NCBI GenBank assembly: GCA_026388915.1
Contig: JAPLIW010000744.1
Location: 1-37,455, forward strand
DNA length: 37,455 bases
Reading direction: 5' to 3'
DNA from: Deltaproteobacteria bacterium
GTDB lineage: Bacteria; Desulfobacterota; SM23-61
The position numbers and the translations under genes were made by a program. The notes under the pieces are model-generated. The model ran no database searches, was not told the DNA's origin, and was given only the letters and a program-made list of their open reading frames with translations. This document shows, piece by piece, positions 1 to 7,881 of the stretch. The first letter of the stretch is position 1; every line of letters starts with the position of its first letter.

Positions 1-251
1 AGGATCGCCGCCATGATCCGGGGGAGGCGAATGTTCCAGACCACGGTTTCGACCGGTCCATCGGCCCGACCGAAAACGGCCCGGATCAGGGCTGCTATGG
101 AAAGATCGTAGGCTCCCACGGCGATGGCGTAAAGCATCAGCACTGCCAGAAGACCCAGGATCAGGAAAAAAAGCTGAATTCTCTTCCGTATGGCTCCGCG
201 GTAAACCAGGGTGACAGGGCCCTGCGCTGCCGCCGGACTGATTTCTCTCAT
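1..251 (-). CDS. ABC transporter permease, FecCD/BtuC family (5' part only; gene continues past the window start)
   Basis: Own reverse translation from ATG 251-249 gives MREISPAAAQGPVTLVYRGAIRKRIQLFFLILGLLAVLMLYAIAVGAYDLSIAALIRAVFGRADGPVETVVWNIRLPRIMAAIL. This is TM1 plus the RLPR motif typical of FecCD permease N-termini. SD AAGGTGA lies 4-5 nt upstream. Confidence 0.75.
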   Translation of the reverse strand, partial: MREISPAAAQGPVTLVYRGAIRKRIQLFFLILGLLAVLMLYAIAVGAYDLSIAALIRAVFGRADGPVETVVWNIRLPRIMAAI

Positions 252-288
252 GAAATCACCTTCCCGGGAGACCTGTAAAGGAGGTGTT

Positions 289-894
289 TTATCCCTCCAG
301 GCAAGACCGGCAGATTTCCTTTCCATCCCGGATCTGGATCTTTGAGGCCATCGCCGGCTCTCCGCAGACCTGGCACGGTTTGGAGGGCTCTATCCGGGCC
401 TTGGGGGGCAGGACGTGGGAGATTTCCTTCAGGATGAAGAGTTCTTCCAGGGGTTTCTCCAGGACTTCCCGGGATTTCTGCCGATGGAGCCGGCCAAACT
501 CCTCCTGCTCCTCCCGGGTGGCCTCATTTCCCCGGATTCGCTCCATCAGCTGCCGGTGCCTTGCCGTCAGTTCCAGCACCCCCGGGCGCAAACAGACCCG
601 CACCCCCCGGCCGCTTCTCCTTCCCAGCAGGGTGAACGCTTGCTTGCCGTAATCACGGTAGTGGAAATTCCCTTTGCCGAAGGTGCATCCCGTCAGAACC
701 TGGATGGCGTCGGCCCCGCAGGCGTCTGTTTCCACGATGGCCACCAATTCTTCATCTTCCGCACGATTTTCTTTCAACCAATCCAGGCCTGCCTTCGCGG
801 CACGAAATCCGATGGACAACCCGGGGCATTCATGGCCGTGAAAATCCACGCATTTTTGGTAATCTGGAGCAGCAGGAATGATTCGCTCGGGCAT
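289..894 (-). CDS. FmdE-family protein (formylmethanofuran dehydrogenase subunit E-like domain) with C-terminal zinc ribbon
   Basis: 201-aa ORF. DFHGHECPGLSIGFRA and ETDACGADAIQ segments are typical of FmdE domains. C-terminal CQVCGE...CRSC ribbon. Stop lies 37 nt upstream of the permease gene on the same strand. Confidence 0.8.
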   Translation of the reverse strand: MPERIIPAAPDYQKCVDFHGHECPGLSIGFRAAKAGLDWLKENRAEDEELVAIVETDACGADAIQVLTGCTFGKGNFHYRDYGKQAFTLLGRRSGRGVRVCLRPGVLELTARHRQLMERIRGNEATREEQEEFGRLHRQKSREVLEKPLEELFILKEISHVLPPKARIEPSKPCQVCGEPAMASKIQIRDGKEICRSCLEG

Positions 895-982
895 TTTTTT
901 ATCTCCCAGATCTTTGAGGCCCCCATCCGAACGGGGCCGGAAGCGGATTTCTGCGCGGGAAGATTACGAGAAGGAGATTTCC

Positions 983-1018
983 GTAACACATTCTAAATTC
1001 TGGTAACACGGATGTCAA
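983..1018 (-). promoter_or_regulatory. sigma70-type promoter with two embedded GTGTTAC boxes (candidate NikR operator)
   Basis: Minus strand reads TTGACA (1018-1013), 17 nt, TAGAAT (995-990). GTGTTAC occurs at 1009-1003 (inside the spacer) and at 989-983 (directly after the -10), 13 nt apart. The site sits between nikR and the FmdE-like gene. Confidence 0.5.
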
Positions 1019-1149
1019 ACGATATTTGATTGAAGTCCGAGAAGGGGATGTTCCTTCTTCCCCGGATGGGGGAAAAAGGGAGGTGAGGAAAACAGGCGAT
1101 GTCGAGTGGCTATTCTGCCGCGCTGGGTTCTTTGGATAGGGGGATGAAT

Positions 1150-1569
1150 TTATTTCAGGTTTTTGCCGGTACTGGTCAGGGAGAGCCTCCCGTGTTTGAC
1201 TCCTTTGGTTCCGATCAGCCGATCCCCGATTTTCTTGATCTCCTCCCCCTTGCCTTTGACCACCAGGACCTCCAGGCAATTGTGTTCATCCATATGGATG
1301 TGCAGGGTGGAGAGGATCGTCCGGTAGTGATTATGTTGCAGCTTGGTCAATATGCGGGAAAGTTCCCGGGTATGATGGTTGTAGACGAGGGAAATGGTCC
1401 CGACCATTTCCTTTTTTCCCTCTCTCCACTCCTCGGTCACCAGGCTGTCGCGGATCAGGTCCCGGATGGCCTCGGACCGGTTCTGGTACCCTTTTAGGGA
1501 AATCAGACGATCAAAATCTCCCAGCAGGCTGTCGGGAATCGATACTCCGAAGCGGGTGAGTCCGGCCAT
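1150..1569 (-). CDS. nikR: nickel-responsive transcriptional regulator NikR
   Basis: 139 aa. N-terminal ribbon-helix-helix ([18 protein letters not shown]...[11 protein letters not shown]). C-terminal His/Cys metal-site region (NHHTRE...[12 protein letters not shown]). Confidence 0.9.
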   Translation of the reverse strand: MAGLTRFGVSIPDSLLGDFDRLISLKGYQNRSEAIRDLIRDSLVTEEWREGKKEMVGTISLVYNHHTRELSRILTKLQHNHYRTILSTLHIHMDEHNCLEVLVVKGKGEEIKKIGDRLIGTKGVKHGRLSLTSTGKNLK

Positions 1570-1591
1570 TTTTCCTCCATTTTCCGACGAA

Positions 1592-1927
1592 TTAAAGGGA
1601 CGAAATCTCGGTGAGATCCCTCTCTTTCAGCATCCTCTTCTTCCAGGAAGCCAGGGCCGGATAGAAATAGGGCAAGAGTCGCAGAGAATAATAGGGAGGA
1701 AAAACCGGGACTCCCAGAAGATCGCCGAAAGAAAACAAAAGAATGAGGTCTCGGCGGGCCAACTTCTCCTGGCGGACCGTCTGCTGAATCTCAAAGGCGG
1801 TTGCCCCAAAGAAGAAGTCCTTAAGGGCCTTAAGGGCCTTCTTGAACCGGTCAAGCGGATGGGTCACCTTCCCCTCCTTCACAGGATCGTCTCCGAATCT
1901 TCTTACAAGGTACAAAGTGAAAACCAA
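1592..1927 (-). CDS. hypothetical protein, co-directional with nikR and ending 22 nt upstream of it
   Basis: 111-aa ORF. GGAGG precedes the nikR ATG in the 22-nt gap, which suggests co-transcription. I recognise no family. Confidence 0.45.
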   Translation of the reverse strand: MVFTLYLVRRFGDDPVKEGKVTHPLDRFKKALKALKDFFFGATAFEIQQTVRQEKLARRDLILLFSFGDLLGVPVFPPYYSLRLLPYFYPALASWKKRMLKERDLTEISSL

Positions 1928-2021
1928 TTTTAATATACTCTGAATCTGGCTCCCCCGTCAAACTTTCAAGGCCCGGAAGCGGACAATTTAAAATAGACAG
2001 GAGATTCAGGACTGGAGTAAT

Positions 2022-3116
2022 ATGAGGCTTGAAATCAGGTTACAAGCTGCGGGTTACGCGGTAAGAACCAAACCGGGAATGCAGAACCCGACCCTTGAAA
2101 CTTCGATGAGGACCCCCTTTCCAAAGGGAATCGCTTTGAAAGAAATCCTCCGTCACGCCCGCGAAGTCATCGAGATCGAAGCCGAGGCGGTCCAGGGCTT
2201 GCTGCACCGTCTGGATGAGAACTTTGCCCGGGCGGTGGAACTTCTGCTGGCCTGTGAAGGGCACGCCGTGGTCACGGGCATCGGCAAATCAGGGCTGGTG
2301 GGCCGTAAGATCGTGGCCACCCTGACCAGTACCGGAACCCCGGCCATGTTCCTTCATCCCGTGGAAGGCCTGCACGGCGACCTGGGGGCGGTCACGGCCA
2401 AGGATGTGATCATCGCCATCTCCAACAGCGGAGAAACCTCCGAGATCACCAATCTCCTTCCCAGCCTGCAAAAGATCGGAGCCAAGATCATTGGACTCAC
2501 TGGCTCTCTGAACTCCACTCTGGCCCGGAGCAGCCATATCGTCATTGATGTGGGAGTGGAGAGGGAAGCGTGCCCCCTGGGGCTGACTCCCACTTCCAGC
2601 ACTACGGCTACCCTGGTCATCGGTGATGCCCTGGCCGTGGCTCTGATGCGTCAGAGGAAGTTCGCGGAGAAAGACTTTGCCCTCTTCCATCCCGGGGGAA
2701 GCCTGGGGGAACGGCTGTCCTTCAAGGTAAAAGATATCATGCGCCCGGCAGCGAGTTTTCCCTCCCTCACTTCCGACAAGACCGTGGGGGAGTTCCTCTC
2801 GGCCATCAATCGGCGCGGGGCTGATTTCGCCCTGGTCCTTCAGGCCGGCGGAGGCCTGGCCGGAATGGTCACGGACCACGACCTCCGCCGGGGAGAGATC
2901 GGCTCGCCCGACTTTCTGAACCGGTCCATCAAAAAAATCATGGATCCCCATCCGGCGACAACGGAAGAAGAGGTCTCCGCGGCCGATGCCATGAGAACCA
3001 TGGTGGAAAAAAATCTGGTCGCCCTGCCGGTCCTGGACAAGAAAAAGAACTTGAAAGGCGTGGTCACCCTCCGGGACCTTCTGAACCGGAGGGAGCGGGG
3101 GGAGGCGGTAAAATGA
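2022..3116 (+). CDS. kdsD: arabinose-5-phosphate isomerase, KpsF/GutQ (KdsD) family (SIS domain + CBS pair)
   Basis: SIS signature VTGIGKSGLVGRKIVATLTSTGTPAMFLHPVEGLHGDLG. C-terminal CBS pair. Start is ambiguous: ATG 2022 has a GGAG SD, while ATG 2079 or 2106 fits family length better. Confidence 0.88.
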   Translation: MRLEIRLQAAGYAVRTKPGMQNPTLETSMRTPFPKGIALKEILRHAREVIEIEAEAVQGLLHRLDENFARAVELLLACEGHAVVTGIGKSGLVGRKIVATLTSTGTPAMFLHPVEGLHGDLGAVTAKDVIIAISNSGETSEITNLLPSLQKIGAKIIGLTGSLNSTLARSSHIVIDVGVEREACPLGLTPTSSTTATLVIGDALAVALMRQRKFAEKDFALFHPGGSLGERLSFKVKDIMRPAASFPSLTSDKTVGEFLSAINRRGADFALVLQAGGGLAGMVTDHDLRRGEIGSPDFLNRSIKKIMDPHPATTEEEVSAADAMRTMVEKNLVALPVLDKKKNLKGVVTLRDLLNRRERGEAVK

Positions 3117-4063
3117 ATCCTTACCCCCCCAAGGGATTGATCGTAGCGCTCATAACTCCCCTGAACGAGGAGGGCCAGCTAGAAGGCGAATCTCTCCGCC
3201 GGTTGATCGATCGGGTGGTTCCCTACTGTGACGCCCTGATGATCGGAGAAGGGCTCATCGGAGAGGGCCTCTCCCTGCCGAACCCGCTTCGCCTGGAACT
3301 TCTCCGGGTTTCAGCCGAAATGGTGGCGGGGAAAAAGCCCCTTTTGTTGTGCCCCACGGCCGGGACGACCGAAGAGACGGTCCACAACATCACCGTTTTA
3401 ACCGAAGTCCTGAAGGATGGCCCGGGCCGGGACTCGGTCTTCTGGGTGGACATCCCCCTCTGGCATCACAGCAACCGCAAGCTGCCCCAGTTCTACCAGC
3501 AATGGAAGGAATACACTCCCTACCCCATCCTGCTCCATAACCACCCTTTGCTCATCGGGAAACGGAACCGCTCCCTCAAGCGGACCAACATTCGCACGGC
3601 CGTTCTGAAGCGGCTGGCGGAAAACGAGCAGATCGTGGGCCTCATTCAGGCCGGCGATCTGAAAAGGACCATTCACTACCAGAGAGCCGTGCGGGCCCGC
3701 AGGAACTTTCGTTTCTACGACGGGGATGAAGGAAATTTCCTCAACAGCCCGAGCTCCTCGGGGGTGGTTTCAGGAGGAGCAAATCTCCTTCCTTCCGAAT
3801 GGAGCCAGATCGTCACCGCCTCGCTCGAAATATCCGAAGACCCGGCGCGAAATCTGCTCCTTCTCAAACAAAGTCAGAAGCTCCGGGAGCTAAGCCAGGT
3901 ATTGCAGAAAAACCCGGCTCAGCGCTTAAAAGTGGGCCTCCATCGCCTGGGATGGATTCCGGGAACCAAGGTTCTCGACCCAACGCAGGAAGGCTCACCG
4001 GAAGAAGGGGAACATCTGGCCGGCTTCCTCCAGGCGAATTTTTCTTTACAAACTCCCCCTTAA
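3113..4063 (+). CDS. DapA/DHDPS-family (class I aldolase fold) protein, catalytically degenerate
   Basis: 316 aa. The start overlaps the kdsD stop (ATGA). The N-terminus GLIVALITPLNEEGQLEGESLRRLID aligns by eye with DapA [26 protein letters not shown]. See the finding on lost catalytic residues. Confidence 0.6.
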   Translation: MNPYPPKGLIVALITPLNEEGQLEGESLRRLIDRVVPYCDALMIGEGLIGEGLSLPNPLRLELLRVSAEMVAGKKPLLLCPTAGTTEETVHNITVLTEVLKDGPGRDSVFWVDIPLWHHSNRKLPQFYQQWKEYTPYPILLHNHPLLIGKRNRSLKRTNIRTAVLKRLAENEQIVGLIQAGDLKRTIHYQRAVRARRNFRFYDGDEGNFLNSPSSSGVVSGGANLLPSEWSQIVTASLEISEDPARNLLLLKQSQKLRELSQVLQKNPAQRLKVGLHRLGWIPGTKVLDPTQEGSPEEGEHLAGFLQANFSLQTPP

Positions 4064-4186
4064 AATGCTATTCATATACCAGCAGGGCAGCGGAGGTACG
4101 CGGAAACATTAAAGGTTTTCCGCACTCTGGCCGATTTTATTCATGGGCCGAATCGGTCGATCACCCTAATTAAAGCGCGGAGTAGC

Positions 4187-4636
4187 GTGAACCTTCTTCT
4201 CCGTTTCAAATCCATCTGGATCTATACCACATTACTCGCCTTCCTGGGGTCCTGCTTTGCCTGCGGTTACAAGCCCTCCTATCTTCAGAAAGGGAAAACG
4301 GCTGAAGTTTCAGAGAGGTGGAGGGTAGAGGAGATCAACCCCGCTCGCCTTTCCGCCGATGAAAAATCCGTTCTGGAGACCTTTGGCACCCCGGATTACA
4401 TCCGTTTTTTCCGCAAGCGCTCCCTGGAGCGGGAAAAAGTGTACGCCTGGATCTACGCGGAGCCGGTTCGCTTCGTTACTTTCATAGACGGCAAAAAAGT
4501 CGATTACGCCGTCCTGGATGAAGACCTCTCCTCGCTGAATGATCATCAGCGGGACATGCTGTTTTGGGGGGGAGTCACCGTTGCAACTGTCGCCGCTCTT
4601 GGATTACTGTACTACTATTTCATCGCCAAGAAATAA
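4187..4636 (+). CDS. hypothetical lipoprotein with C-terminal TM helix
   Basis: GTG start. Signal peptide with lipobox-like FLGSC. C-terminal hydrophobic stretch GGVTVATVAALGLLYYYFIA. Confidence 0.5.
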   Translation: MNLLLRFKSIWIYTTLLAFLGSCFACGYKPSYLQKGKTAEVSERWRVEEINPARLSADEKSVLETFGTPDYIRFFRKRSLEREKVYAWIYAEPVRFVTFIDGKKVDYAVLDEDLSSLNDHQRDMLFWGGVTVATVAALGLLYYYFIAKK

Positions 4637-4651
4637 CCAAAGGAGTGCCCC

Positions 4652-5383
4652 ATGGTCAAACTGATCCTGAAGTTGAAAGAAACCCAGATCGAGGAGTTCG
4701 CCCTGGAGAAAGATCAGATTATTATCGGGCGCGCCAAGGAAAACGACATCGTCATCGATAACATCGCCGTCTCCCGCAAACATGCGCAGATCACCCGGAA
4801 GGAAGGAATGTACTACCTCCGGGACCTGAACAGCTCCAACGGGACCTTCCTGAACGGCACGCAGATCGATGCCAGCGACCATGCGCTCTCTGAAGGGGCG
4901 ATGATCGGAATCGCCAAATTCGAAATCCAGGTCAAGGGGCTCTCCAAGTCGGCTCCGGCTCCGCCCAAAGCCGCTACCCCGGAGGATGCGGAAGGGACGA
5001 TGATCTTCGATCCGGCCCGGCGCAAGCCGGCGGCCGAGCCCCAGGCGGCCTCGGAGCCCAAGCCCGTCCGCTGGCCGGTGCTCTCCGCTTTGAAGGGACC
5101 CGGCAAGGGGGCGGAATACAAAATCGCCAAAGAAGTGACCCTGGTGGGCAAAGGCTCCCAGGTCGATATTCCCGCGGAAGGATGGTTCGTTGCCTCCCCC
5201 CACGCCAAGATCACCCGCCGGGGAGACCGTTTCTACATCTCCCACACGGGCGGATTCCTGTCCAGCACCAAGGTGAACGGAATCGGGATTGGGGGCGAGC
5301 ACATTCTTAAGAACAAGGACCAGATCGAAATCGGAAATTGCTCCTTTGTCTTCACCCAGGCCCCCTCCGAGCATACCGATTGA
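4652..5383 (+). CDS. FHA domain-containing protein (two FHA-like modules separated by a Pro/Ala-rich linker)
   Basis: N-terminal IIIGRAKENDIVIDNIAVSRKHAQITRKEGMYYLRDLNSSNGTFLNG. C-terminal TLVGKGSQVDIPAEG...HAKITRRGDRFYISH...TKVNG. AAGGAG SD. Confidence 0.85.
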   Translation: MVKLILKLKETQIEEFALEKDQIIIGRAKENDIVIDNIAVSRKHAQITRKEGMYYLRDLNSSNGTFLNGTQIDASDHALSEGAMIGIAKFEIQVKGLSKSAPAPPKAATPEDAEGTMIFDPARRKPAAEPQAASEPKPVRWPVLSALKGPGKGAEYKIAKEVTLVGKGSQVDIPAEGWFVASPHAKITRRGDRFYISHTGGFLSSTKVNGIGIGGEHILKNKDQIEIGNCSFVFTQAPSEHTD

Positions 5384-5402
5384 AGGATGAACCCTGCTCT
5401 GG

Positions 5403-6182
5403 GTGGGGGATGAGGTGCGCTTGAAGATTTTTTACGCTGCTGCTTCGGACCGCGGCCGGGTGAGGAAGAACAATGAAGATGCCTTCTTGGCTGACCCTGC
5501 CCTGGGAATCTTTGCCGTGGCCGACGGCATGGGCGGACATGCCGCCGGAGAGATCGCCAGCCGCCTGGCCCTGACTACCCTACAGGAATCCCTCGCCCGA
5601 GCGATTCAAAGCCAAGAAGCCGAGTTCTCACCCAACCAAACCGCGGTCATCTCCCTTCCCTCCGCCCTGCTGGTCAACGGAATCCGTACGGCCAATCAGG
5701 CCGTTTTTCATTCCTCCCAGGAGAAGGAGGAATACCGCGGGATGGGAACCACCTTGGTGGCTGTGTATTTCGTCGACTCTTCCCCGGTGATGGCCCATGT
5801 GGGGGACAGCCGGCTCTACCGGATCCGGACGAAAAAGATCGATCAGCTCACCGAGGACCATTCAGTGATCTGGGAACAGTATCGGGAGGGAATCATCCCG
5901 AAGGAGGCTCTTTCCAGCTCGCCGCTGAAAAACATCATCACCCGGGCTCTGGGAATGCAGCCTTCGGTGGACGTGGACGTTCGGGAGTTGGAGCTTGAAA
6001 AAGGAGATTTGCTGCTTCTCTGCTCCGATGGACTCTCAGATCTGGTCCAGGATGAAGAACTGCTGAAAACCGTGAAGAATGCTGCAGGAGATTTGAATCA
6101 GGCTTGCCGCGACCTGATTGACCTGGCCAACCGTCACGGGGGGAAAGACAATATTACCGTCCTTTTAATCCAAATCGAATAA
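5403..6182 (+). CDS. PP2C-family Ser/Thr protein phosphatase (Stp1-like)
   Basis: Motifs RVRKNNEDAF, VADGMGGHAAGEIAS, GTTLV, HVGDSRLY, LCSDGL and GGKDNITV. Exact start is uncertain among GTG 5403, GTG 5415 and TTG 5421. Confidence 0.9.
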   Translation: MGDEVRLKIFYAAASDRGRVRKNNEDAFLADPALGIFAVADGMGGHAAGEIASRLALTTLQESLARAIQSQEAEFSPNQTAVISLPSALLVNGIRTANQAVFHSSQEKEEYRGMGTTLVAVYFVDSSPVMAHVGDSRLYRIRTKKIDQLTEDHSVIWEQYREGIIPKEALSSSPLKNIITRALGMQPSVDVDVRELELEKGDLLLLCSDGLSDLVQDEELLKTVKNAAGDLNQACRDLIDLANRHGGKDNITVLLIQIE

Positions 6183-6199
6183 ACCCACCAAACTTCTTC

Positions 6200-6491
6200 A
6201 ATCCGAAACCGGACATCCGCAGATTACGCAGATTGCACAGAGGTATGAACCCACCCATAAGAACAGCTTTGCAATCTTCAGGGCTCAAGTAAGCTTTCCC
6301 AGCCAGTCGTATTTTTCCTTCATGCTTCATCCGCGTTCATCCGCGTTCATCCGCGTCCCATTATGTCTTTTGTCTTTACGTCTCTTGCAAATATAAAATC
6401 TGTGTTTATCTGTGTTCATCTGTGTCCTGAAAAATTTTTGGGGTTGTGCCTTTGCCGCGCTGTTTTTATCTGCGTCCTATTAGGTTTTTTT
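6200..6491. repeat. composite intergenic repeat, copy 1 (phased decamer triplets plus an inverted arm)
   Basis: (TTCATCCGCG)x3 at 6326-6355. TATAAA at 6392-6397. ATCTGTGTTT/ATCTGTGTTC/ATCTGTGTCC at 6398-6427. ATCTGCGTCC at 6468-6477. TAGG plus T7 at 6481-6491. Inverted arm GGACATCCGCAGATTACGCAGATTGCACAGAGG at 6211-6243. The stretch 6326-6427 is 95/102 identical to 34454-34555. Confidence 0.9.
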
Positions 6492-7851
6492 ATTCCTTCG
6501 ATTTCGAAGGATCTGGGTTTCTCACCAGCAGGATCCTCAGGTCCATGACGTTCGTTCCGGTGGGCCCGGTAATGATCAGGTCTCCCAATTTTTCGAAGAA
6601 ATGGTAAGAGTCGTTCTCCTTCAGGAAAGACCATGGGTCCAACCCCATGGTCCTTGCCCGCTTCAGGGTCTTTCCGTCGGCAAAGGCCCCGGCGGCATCG
6701 GTGGGGCCGTCGGTCCCGTCCGTGCCCGCGCTCATCATCAGGATCTCTTCCCACCCGGCGATCTCCAGCGCGGCGGCCAGGGTAAACTCTTGGCTCCTTC
6801 CGCCCTTCCCCTTTCCTTTCAGGGTCACGGTCGTTTCTCCCCCGGAGAGGATACAGGCGGGCGGGGGAATCGGATTTCCCGAAAGGAGAACTTCTTTGGC
6901 GATGGCCGCGTGAACCTTGGCCACCTCCCGGGTCTCTCCTTCCACCAGGGAGGAGAGGAGAAGCGTGCGGTATCCAAGGTCCTGGGCTGCTTTTTTGGCC
7001 GCCCTCATGGCCATAAGGTTGTTCCCCACGACCAGATTATAAACCCCGGCGAAGGCCGGTTCCCCTTCCTTTGACGTCTCTTCTTTCTTTCCTTCGATTC
7101 CTGCGCGGATGTGGCCAGCCACCGATGGAGGGATCTTTCCCCACAGTTCGTATTTGTTCAGAATCCGGGCGCAGTCTTCATAGGTCGTGGGGTCCGGGAC
7201 CGTGGGGCCGGAGGCGATGGCATCGAGGGGGTCTCCGATGACATCGGAGAGGATCAGGGCCACCAGGCTCGCCGGGTAAACAATCCTGGCCAGTCCGCCT
7301 CCCTTGATCCGGGAGAGGTGCTTTCGCAGGGTGTTGATTTCTCGAATGTTGGCCCCGCAGGAAAGGAGCTGATGGGTCGTGGCCTGTTTCTCCTCCAGGG
7401 TGATGCCTTCCACCGGCAGGGGCAGGAGGGCCGAGCCCCCTCCGGAGATGAGAAAAAGGACCAGGTCCTTTGGGGTGAGGTGGCTCAGCATTCCCACCAA
7501 TTCCTTTGCCCCTTCCAGGCCCTTTTCATCCGGGAGAGGATGGCCGGCCTCCTGGATCCGGACCCGTTTCAACCTCTGGGAATGCCCGTACTTCACGTTG
7601 ATCAGGCCCTGGGTGATCCGGGTTCCCAGGATTTTCTCCAGGTTCACGGCCATGGCCGCTGAGGCCTTTCCGGTCCCGGCCACGAAAATTCTTTCATACT
7701 GGGACAACGGGTACTTCCGGTCTCCAATGCGGAGGACTTTGTTTCGCAGGGATACATAGGATGAGAGGATGCTCTGGGCGTCCACCGCGTGAACGGCATG
7801 GAGGAATATCTTCTTAGCATCCCTCCGGAGCGGGTCTAAGCTTCGTTTCAC
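6490..7851 (-). CDS. glycerate kinase (glycerate 2-kinase / TtuD-like, DUF4147 + MOFRL domains)
   Basis: 453 aa. N-terminal VAGTGKASAAMA and central LISGGGSALL. C-terminal GGETTVTLKGKGKGGRSQE...SAGTDGTDGPTDAAGA is typical of MOFRL-family glycerate kinases. Confidence 0.85.
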   Translation of the reverse strand: MKRSLDPLRRDAKKIFLHAVHAVDAQSILSSYVSLRNKVLRIGDRKYPLSQYERIFVAGTGKASAAMAVNLEKILGTRITQGLINVKYGHSQRLKRVRIQEAGHPLPDEKGLEGAKELVGMLSHLTPKDLVLFLISGGGSALLPLPVEGITLEEKQATTHQLLSCGANIREINTLRKHLSRIKGGGLARIVYPASLVALILSDVIGDPLDAIASGPTVPDPTTYEDCARILNKYELWGKIPPSVAGHIRAGIEGKKEETSKEGEPAFAGVYNLVVGNNLMAMRAAKKAAQDLGYRTLLLSSLVEGETREVAKVHAAIAKEVLLSGNPIPPPACILSGGETTVTLKGKGKGGRSQEFTLAAALEIAGWEEILMMSAGTDGTDGPTDAAGAFADGKTLKRARTMGLDPWSFLKENDSYHFFEKLGDLIITGPTGTNVMDLRILLVRNPDPSKSKE

Positions 7852-7881
7852 CGGTTCCTCCTTGGCAGGTTAAAAACCAGT

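Noticed and set aside
4097-4123. Hairpin GCGGAAAC-N7-GTTTTCCGC after the DapA-like gene as an intrinsic terminator
   Set aside because: The stem is imperfect and no T-run follows it, so I could not support a terminator call.
6326-6427. Possible CRISPR array or protein-coding ORF (6363-6548) in the tandem-repeat region
   Set aside because: The repeat units are 10 bp and directly abut, with no 25-40-bp spacers, and no cas genes are present. The ORF (MSFVFTSLANIKSVFICVHLC...) is just the translation of the repeats. I reclassified the region as a composite intergenic repeat.
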